This document shows, piece by piece, positions 29,164-32,000 of a stretch of 32,000 nucleotides of DNA (position 1 is the first letter of the stretch; every line of letters starts with the position of its first letter). The position numbers and the translations under genes were made by a program. This DNA comes from Blattabacterium cuenoti (lineage in GTDB: Bacteria > Bacteroidota > Bacteroidia > Flavobacteriales > Blattabacteriaceae): contig CP059204.1 in assembly GCA_014251975.1 (NCBI GenBank), forward strand, positions 150,001 through 182,000, in the 5' to 3' direction. The notes beneath the pieces are model-generated. The model did no database searches. It had not been told where the DNA came from and saw nothing but the letters and a program-made list of their open reading frames with translations.

Positions 29164-30356
29164 AAACTAATTGATATAAAATAAGCTATTTTTACAGATT
29201 TAAATAAAGCCATAAGTTTATTATTTACCTCTTCTAATTCATTTTTTTTTTTTGAATTAGATACTATACCAGCACCCACCTGAAAAAAAAACATTATTTT
29301 TACTAATAGAAGAACGGATTATAATATAATAGCTGTATCACAATATTTTATGTATTATTTAAACAAAAGTATCCAATATATCCTCCATATAAACCTATAC
29401 TTTTATTTTCAATACAATCTATTAGTTCCATATCTTTATATTTTTGTGCACCTGATAAAGTACCAGCTGTAAAGAAAGGTATCTAAAAAAATTTTAAATA
29501 TAGAAGTTTATTCTTCTATCTATCTATCCAGACAGATCCCTTACCATATGTAATACATGGGATAATGTATGTATTTATTTTAATTTTTATACTTTTACAT
29601 TACTGTAATTTTTACTTAAATTATCTATTGCTAAATCTACTAACATAATATGTTCATAATTTTATTTTGTATTTTTTTTTGTATTTTTTAAAAAACTTAT
29701 TTTTTATACTTTTTTATTTTTTTATAGTTCCTTTTATTGGACTTACATATTCTTTTTTATCTTTAATAATAAATTGTAATTCTGTAAAAAATCCAAATAA
29801 TTTATAACTACTGTAATCAAAATAAAAAATATATGGAGATGGATTTATATATCGTAAAGCAACTATATACATTAAATTCATCACCCTTAAATTTATGTTT
29901 AAATTGTGTCTAGATAGATAATACAATTTGAAAAACATCTCCATTTAAAGTTACTATCCCTTTAAACTAAATTTTTTTTGTATTCTGTATTATTAATATT
30001 TGAAGTATAGTGTTCTACTGATTTAAATTGGTAAAATAAAAAATTTTTTTTATAAATAATTTTTACTAATTTATCTATATAAGTTTTTTTGTCTATTTTT
30101 TGTATATATAAAAAAAACATGTTCAATAATTTTTATTTCATTATTAAAATTATTAAAAATAATCAAATTTTTATAGAAATTTAACCGTATTTTAGGAATA
30201 TTATATACACTATTATTATTTAAAAAATTAATATTTTTAGATCCCAATAATAAAGTATTTGGATATATATCTCTTATTTTTATATACAATTATATAGGTG
30301 TAGTAATATCATCTAAAATTTTTTTTCTGAGTAGTTATAAAATTAAATTTTAACAT
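29160..30356 (-). pseudogene. trpE: anthranilate synthase component I, degraded by multiple in-frame stops and frameshifts
   Basis: Minus-strand hand translation shows TrpE motifs in the correct order. (1) DDITTPI*LYIKIRDIYPNTLLLGS, about 30230-30320. (2) NGDVFQIVLSI*, GDVFQIVLS = 29916-29942, TAG at 29910-29912. (3) ALRYINPSPYIFYF, NPSPY = 29831-29845. (4) SPIKGTIKK*. (5) EHIMLVDLAIDNLSKNYSNVKV*, 29632-29655, TAA at 29587-29589. (6) SHVLHMV. (7) [36 protein letters not shown], 29442-29464. (8) QVGAGIVSNS...ELEEVNNK, 29253-29276. GTLSGAxK, YGGxxGY and GAGIV favour TrpE over PabB. Track ORFs 29714-29944 and 30071-30289 are fragments of this gene. Confidence 0.85.
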
Positions 30357-30519
30357 AATTTGTTATTATTTGTTATACTTAAACTGTTAAACTATATTTA
30401 TATTAAACTACTACGGTAATAATGTAATAATAAAAAAATGGTATTGTATAAAAAAAATTTTAATTTTTTTTACGTATTTTATCTGTTTTTATAAAAACTG
30501 AAAAATTTACATTTTATAT

Positions 30520-31215
30520 ATGCATATGTCAATTTTAATGAAAAATATTTCTTGTTTGCTATTATCTATTTTTATACCAATTTATACTTCTATTTTTATT
30601 AAAAATATTAAAAAAAAAAATGATATAAAAAAAAATGAAATTCAAACTGCTGTCGAATATATTAAAAAATATTCTCATATAGCAGTTAAAGATATGGAAA
30701 AATATGGGATACCAGCTAGTATTAAGTTGGGACAAGCTATGGTAGAATCATCTATTGGTAAAAGTATATTATCAAAAAAAACGAATAATCATTTTGGAAT
30801 AAAATGTGGTAAATATTGGACAGGAAATAAATATCATAATAATGACACTTATCTTTGTTTTAGAAAATATAACACTGTTCAAGATTCTTTTAAAGATCAT
30901 TCAAATGTTTTAAGACTTCCACGTTATTCTAAACTTTTTTCTTGTAAAAAGAACGATTATAGATCTTGGGCAAAAGAATTGAAAAAATTAGGATATGCAA
31001 CTTCTATAGGGTATACAAAATTAATAATAAAAAATATAGAGAAATATTTTTTGTGGAAATTAGATAAAGAAGTAGTATCTAATATAGAGAGAAGAATAAA
31101 CTTACATATAAAATTAATTATGAGAACACATAATAAATATAAGATAAAAAAAACAATGGAAAAAATTAGTTTTTTCCGTAAATTCATTTTTAAAATATTC
31201 AAAAAAAAATTATAG
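30520..31215 (+). CDS. glucosaminidase-domain peptidoglycan hydrolase (mannosyl-glycoprotein endo-beta-N-acetylglucosaminidase family)
   Basis: 231 aa. N-terminal TM/signal segment, then IPASIKLGQAMVESSIGKSILSKKTNNHFGIKC...FRKYNTVQDSFKDHSNVL...WAKELKKLGYATS, typical of the FlgJ/LytD-type glucosaminidase domain. Alternative ATG starts at 30526 and 30538. Confidence 0.75.
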   Translation: MHMSILMKNISCLLLSIFIPIYTSIFIKNIKKKNDIKKNEIQTAVEYIKKYSHIAVKDMEKYGIPASIKLGQAMVESSIGKSILSKKTNNHFGIKCGKYWTGNKYHNNDTYLCFRKYNTVQDSFKDHSNVLRLPRYSKLFSCKKNDYRSWAKELKKLGYATSIGYTKLIIKNIEKYFLWKLDKEVVSNIERRINLHIKLIMRTHNKYKIKKTMEKISFFRKFIFKIFKKKL

Positions 31216-31263
31216 TACAATAGTACATATATAGTAATAAATTACTATAAAAATTTATAAATT

Positions 31264-31647
31264 ATGCATTCAAAAAAAAAATATAGTACAAACCATGAAT
31301 GGGTAGAATTAGATACAATTAATAATTTAATAGGATATATAGGTATTAGTACTTTTGCTAAAAAAGAATTAGGAGATATTATATATTTGGATATAGATTA
31401 TACTATTCTAAAAAAAGAAATTGGTATAAATGAATCTTTTGGAACTATAGAAGCAGTAAAAACAGTTTCAGATTTATTTATGCCTATTTCAGGTAAAATT
31501 ATAGAAATAAATAACAAATTGCTAAAAAATCCAGAAAAAATAAATAATAATATATGGATTATAAAAATAAATATCAAAGATATAAAAGAATACAATAACT
31601 TATTGTCTTTAGAAGAATATGAAAAATATTATAAAAAAAATAATTAA
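31264..31647 (+). CDS. gcvH: glycine cleavage system protein H
   Basis: 127 aa. YSTNHEWVE, and the lipoyl-lysine context FGTIEAVKTVSDLFMPISGKIIEIN. Confidence 0.92.
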   Translation: MHSKKKYSTNHEWVELDTINNLIGYIGISTFAKKELGDIIYLDIDYTILKKEIGINESFGTIEAVKTVSDLFMPISGKIIEINNKLLKNPEKINNNIWIIKINIKDIKEYNNLLSLEEYEKYYKKNN

Positions 31648-31662
31648 AAAATTTACAAATTT

Positions 31663-32000
31663 GTGAAAAAAAATGATAAATATTATGAATTTTTAAATAA
31701 TAATAAAGTATCAGAACAAATAACTGATTTTCACGATAAGAATATAACTATAGTACACTTTTTAATCCCTTCTATTCATTGTAGCTCTTGTATATTATTA
31801 CTAGAAACATTACCAAAAACACAAAAAGGAATTTTTAGTTCTACTGTAGATTTTATAAGCAAAAAAATATGGATTACATTTGATAATACTAAATTAAAAT
31901 TAAGTGATATTGCTATACTCCTTGATAAAATAGGTTATAAACCAACTATAAATTTTGATTCTATAAAAAAAAAAGAAGAAAAAAAAATTGATAGAAATTT
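31663..32000 (+). CDS. heavy-metal translocating P-type ATPase, N-terminal part (continues beyond the window)
   Basis: Absent from the ORF track because it is open at the window edge. The frame opens after the gcvH stop and the first plausible start is GTG at 31663. My translation is VKKNDKYYEFLNNNKVSEQITDFHDKNITIVHFLIPSIHCSSCILLLETLPKTQKGIFSSTVDFISKKIWITFDNTKLKLSDIAILLDKIGYKP. This is an HMA-type metal-binding domain with CxxC (CSSC). The start codon is uncertain. Confidence 0.65.
   Translation, partial: MKKNDKYYEFLNNNKVSEQITDFHDKNITIVHFLIPSIHCSSCILLLETLPKTQKGIFSSTVDFISKKIWITFDNTKLKLSDIAILLDKIGYKPTINFDSIKKKEEKKIDRN

Noticed and set aside
29714-30289. Track ORFs 29714-29944 and 30071-30289 as independent small genes
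   Set aside because: Both are fragments of the trpE pseudogene (NPSPY / PIKGT region and LLES-like region). Adjacent conserved motifs continue in other frames across stops, so they are not stand-alone genes.
30957-31595. Minus-strand ORFs 30957-31220 and 31398-31595
   Set aside because: They are antisense to the glucosaminidase gene and gcvH respectively. They are hydrophobic low-complexity translations of the complement of AT-rich coding sequence.
1-32000. Alternative genetic code (UGA read as Trp, as in some tiny symbiont genomes) explaining the apparently non-coding tracts
   Set aside because: All housekeeping genes are full length under the standard code and use TGG for Trp. The interruptions in the trpE remnant are mostly TAA and TAG plus frameshifts, so recoding cannot rescue it.

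Overview
This window is an extremely AT-rich, gene-dense stretch of chromosome. It looks like a reduced genome from an obligate Flavobacteriales-type insect endosymbiont (Blattabacterium-like). That assignment is my inference from gene content, the lack of Shine-Dalgarno sequences, Lys/Asn/Ile-rich proteins and tight packing; I could not run any database search. Almost everything is housekeeping or nutritional. The genes are glpF-glpK-glpD, ffh, argS, ndk, a LemA/TPM pair, valS, folA, pdhB, serS, rsmA, folD, a complete his operon (hisG-D-C-B-H-A-F-IE), xth, tRNA-Lys(UUU), aroK, tilS, yggS, a glucosaminidase-domain protein, gcvH and the start of a heavy-metal P-type ATPase. I found no CRISPR array, mobile element, toxin-antitoxin pair or recognisable defence system, and I do not claim a novel system. 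The parts worth a second look are three unusually long non-coding tracts. By hand translation, 29009-30356 is a fossil trpE followed by a 32-codon trpG stub, with the rest of the trp operon deleted. Tract 14279-15157 is probably an eroded short-chain dehydrogenase gene. Tract 6836-8262 (about 1.4 kb, almost pure A/T) I could not identify. Smaller observations are a perfect 24-nt palindrome just upstream of hisG, an NPC variant of the NPA box in GlpF, long homopolymer runs inside intact genes, and very short divergent intergenic regions.
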